A stretch of DNA of 64,000 nt, taken from the NCBI GenBank assembly GCA_002633005.1, contig NMRA01000014.1, positions 1,021,529 through 1,085,528 on the forward strand, in the 5' to 3' direction. The position numbers and the translations under genes are program-made. The notes below the pieces were generated by a model that saw only the letters and a program-made list of their open reading frames with translations, was not told the DNA's origin and did not search any database. This DNA comes from Phoronis australis. Taxonomy: Eukaryota > Animalia > Phoronida. Position 1 is the first letter of the stretch, and the number at the start of each line of letters is the position of its first letter. Positions 61,938 to 64,000 of the stretch are shown here, piece by piece.

Positions 61938-62571
61938 CCCCAAATCCACCAATGTGATCTTGTGATTTGATGTGAAATTTCCTCCTAGCTCAGATGTATT
62001 TAGTTCTGAGCTGATGTGATGTCTTTGCTCTTTACCTTTTAAGCTGTGTAATTCATTGTTTTCATCACTGAATATGATGAGCCTGTTCTATATGCTAACA
62101 ACACACTTAAACAGCAATATCTCTGTAGAAATCGATCCAAATTTTATATAATACACACCACCATGTTTGTCATAATGAGACGAATCTTTTTATATGCAGC
62201 ACATGTATATTCTTTTATTTTTTATGAAATTATGTGAAAAGGCAGATATTTTACGCATAATCGTCGCGTTTCAACGGCCATTTTCTCGTTAACCGCTCAT
62301 CCGATTTTTCTGATTTTTGCACCATTTTATTTCTCACACCAAGGGCTTTTCAAAAATGTATGACTCATGGGTATTGTAAAAAAAATTTAAAAAACGTTGT
62401 CCTCCCTACTGTCACAGTGTGGTACCTGGCTGTATTTCAATAGTTGATCAGCTACCTGGCTGGCTACAACGAATGTAACATACCAAAATCATGTGTGTAG
62501 GTCCATACCGTCATGTTGTAGACAAAGACCAAGACATTTGAAACCTTTTAATGCCACAAGTCATACTTTAC

Positions 62572-62734
62572 CTTGAAACCGCACTTTAACCAGATCCAGA
62601 GGATGCAAAATCACCGTGGAAACCACTCCACCACTGACACCAGCAAGCAAGTGTTCGTATCTTACGTTTAAAAATATCTTTGACAAGCCGATCCCTTCTT
62701 TCCCCATCGTTTTCGAGGATTCTTCACTCGTCAT
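62572..62734 (-). CDS. SLC25A32: SLC25A32 coding exon 1
   Basis: [10 protein letters not shown]...[32 protein letters not shown]|gtaaag (carrier signature PLDxxKxR). The 7-exon model totals 1020 nt, 339 aa. Confidence 0.92.
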
Positions 62735-62789
62735 CACAAATATCTACAAAGATTGGTAAGATCACAGGAAAGGTCCATTTTGCGTGCCA

Positions 62790-62900
62790 TTTTCATGCAC
62801 AAAATGACGCAATGGCCATCAGTAAGCCTGTTACTGGAGAACCGGAAGTTAATTAGTTCGTCTTAGGATCACGTGACCTACAGTCACATGACCGCAGCCA
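62790..62900 (-). promoter_or_regulatory. Probable SLC25A32 proximal promoter
   Basis: Cluster upstream of the ATG: TGACGCA (~62805), ETS CCGGAAGT (~62842), E-boxes TCACGTGAC (~62870) and GTCACATGAC (~62883). Confidence 0.45.
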
Positions 62901-63399
62901 TCGTTTGAGAGTTTTCCTACGGATTTCAACAAAAATATTCATGCGTTATGGCAGGGCGTTATCATACGCAGAAGTTAGATTCAGTTATATCTAGTATAGA
63001 CGACTTGGAAAATTCAGGTACAGTCTGAATCAACACCGTTGGCCTACATGGGCATGCCTTAGCGTTGGTGCAAAATGTAGATCTTGCCACCAGCGATGTG
63101 GGTTAAAATGGCCAAATAAAATCTGAGCGACACAAATGCACTCTTCCTTGAATAAACTAAATTATTGGCACCAATGATCTGCTACTAGACTTGTGTGATT
63201 ATTGGTGTTTCTTCCGTGCCAGTGGAACTGGTAATATTCTGATAAAACATGCCCGTTTCAAACCTTGTCATCAGTGCCAGTACTGGTCTAAGTCATGTTC
63301 GTTGTTGTTATATAACTACGTACCTTTTGCACATAGCAACAGTGGCACGATATAGGGTATAGTGAAAACGCGCATTTTAAAATGTGTCGGTTTTTGACG

Positions 63400-64000
63400 G
63401 TGAAATCGACACATTTCGTTTCGCGACCAAAACCCGCGGAAACTTCCTAATCATGCCCGGAGTAACAAAAGTCCGCAAACCTCAAATCTCAGTCCCGTCT
63501 CCGCTCCGCCAATGAACTTACCCGTGCGCCCCCTGTCTTCAACTGGCCAGTACGGACGTGCGCCCCCTGTGTTCAATTGGCCAGTATGGACGTGCGCCCC
63601 CTGTCTTCCACTGGCCAGGCTCCGACCCGACGGCTACCGTGATTCCGCACTCCGGCGCCGATACTCATATACACATTTCTTTGAACTCGCAAAATTGTTC
63701 AACCCAACGTTTCTGAAAGCGACACAAATGGCCAATAATCGACACATTTTCTTTGAACTTTCGTACATTTAAGCAGGGGACAGACCAGCAGCCGCGCTCC
63801 GGCCTCGGCATTCCAGACCCCGCAAGCTGTCGGCCTTGACACCGTGGACCGCCGTCTGGGGAGTTTTCACAGAGTACCCGGGACACGACTAGGGACTGTA
63901 TCCCGGCCTGCCGATAGACCCCGCTGTATGCTCACCTGTGTTATATTTTCAAAGCAACGTTTCTGAAACCGACACAAATGGCCAATAATCGACACATTTT
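63400..64000. repeat. CpG-rich repeat (probable transposon end or satellite) running off the window
   Basis: 34-bp tandem GTGCGCCCCCTGT.TTC.A.TGGCCAG x3 (63524, 63558, 63592). 46-bp block repeated at 63705 and 63955. Recurring TCGACACATTT. Confidence 0.75.

Noticed and set aside
61038-61970. Three ~300-aa ORFs
   Set aside because: Artefacts of the N gap.

Overview
AT-rich, intron-containing animal genomic DNA. It looks like a lophotrochozoan-type invertebrate, but the species cannot be identified from sequence alone. Five spliced genes were reconstructed by hand with GT-AG introns and consistent phases: ZDHHC4 (-, 5 coding exons, 327 aa), ZZZ3 (+, 7 coding exons, ~443 aa), a canonical Abl-interactor ABI (-, only 2 coding exons, 474 aa, with SH3), a tandem ABI-like paralog (-, 2 exons, 401 aa) and SLC25A32 (-, 7 exons, 339 aa). 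The paralog's exon 1 is missing from the ORF track. The best candidate for a new system is this intact, divergent paralog. It keeps the WAVE- and Nap1-binding N-terminus, lacks the SH3 domain, has Gly->Lys at the WIRS-pocket position and ends in a 19-aa polyproline repeat array, so it may build an alternative WAVE regulatory complex. A second theme is minisatellites seeded on coding boundaries (two splice donors, one acceptor, one stop codon). Also present are a minimal Penelope-type hammerhead ribozyme, nested Gypsy relics including a gag-only mini LTR element, a decayed DDE transposase, Helentron-like elements, a young 900-bp MULE-type element with 261-bp TIRs and a 9-bp TSD, tRNA-derived SINEs, MITEs, microsatellites and an 849-nt assembly gap. 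No database searches were run; family calls rest on motif recognition.
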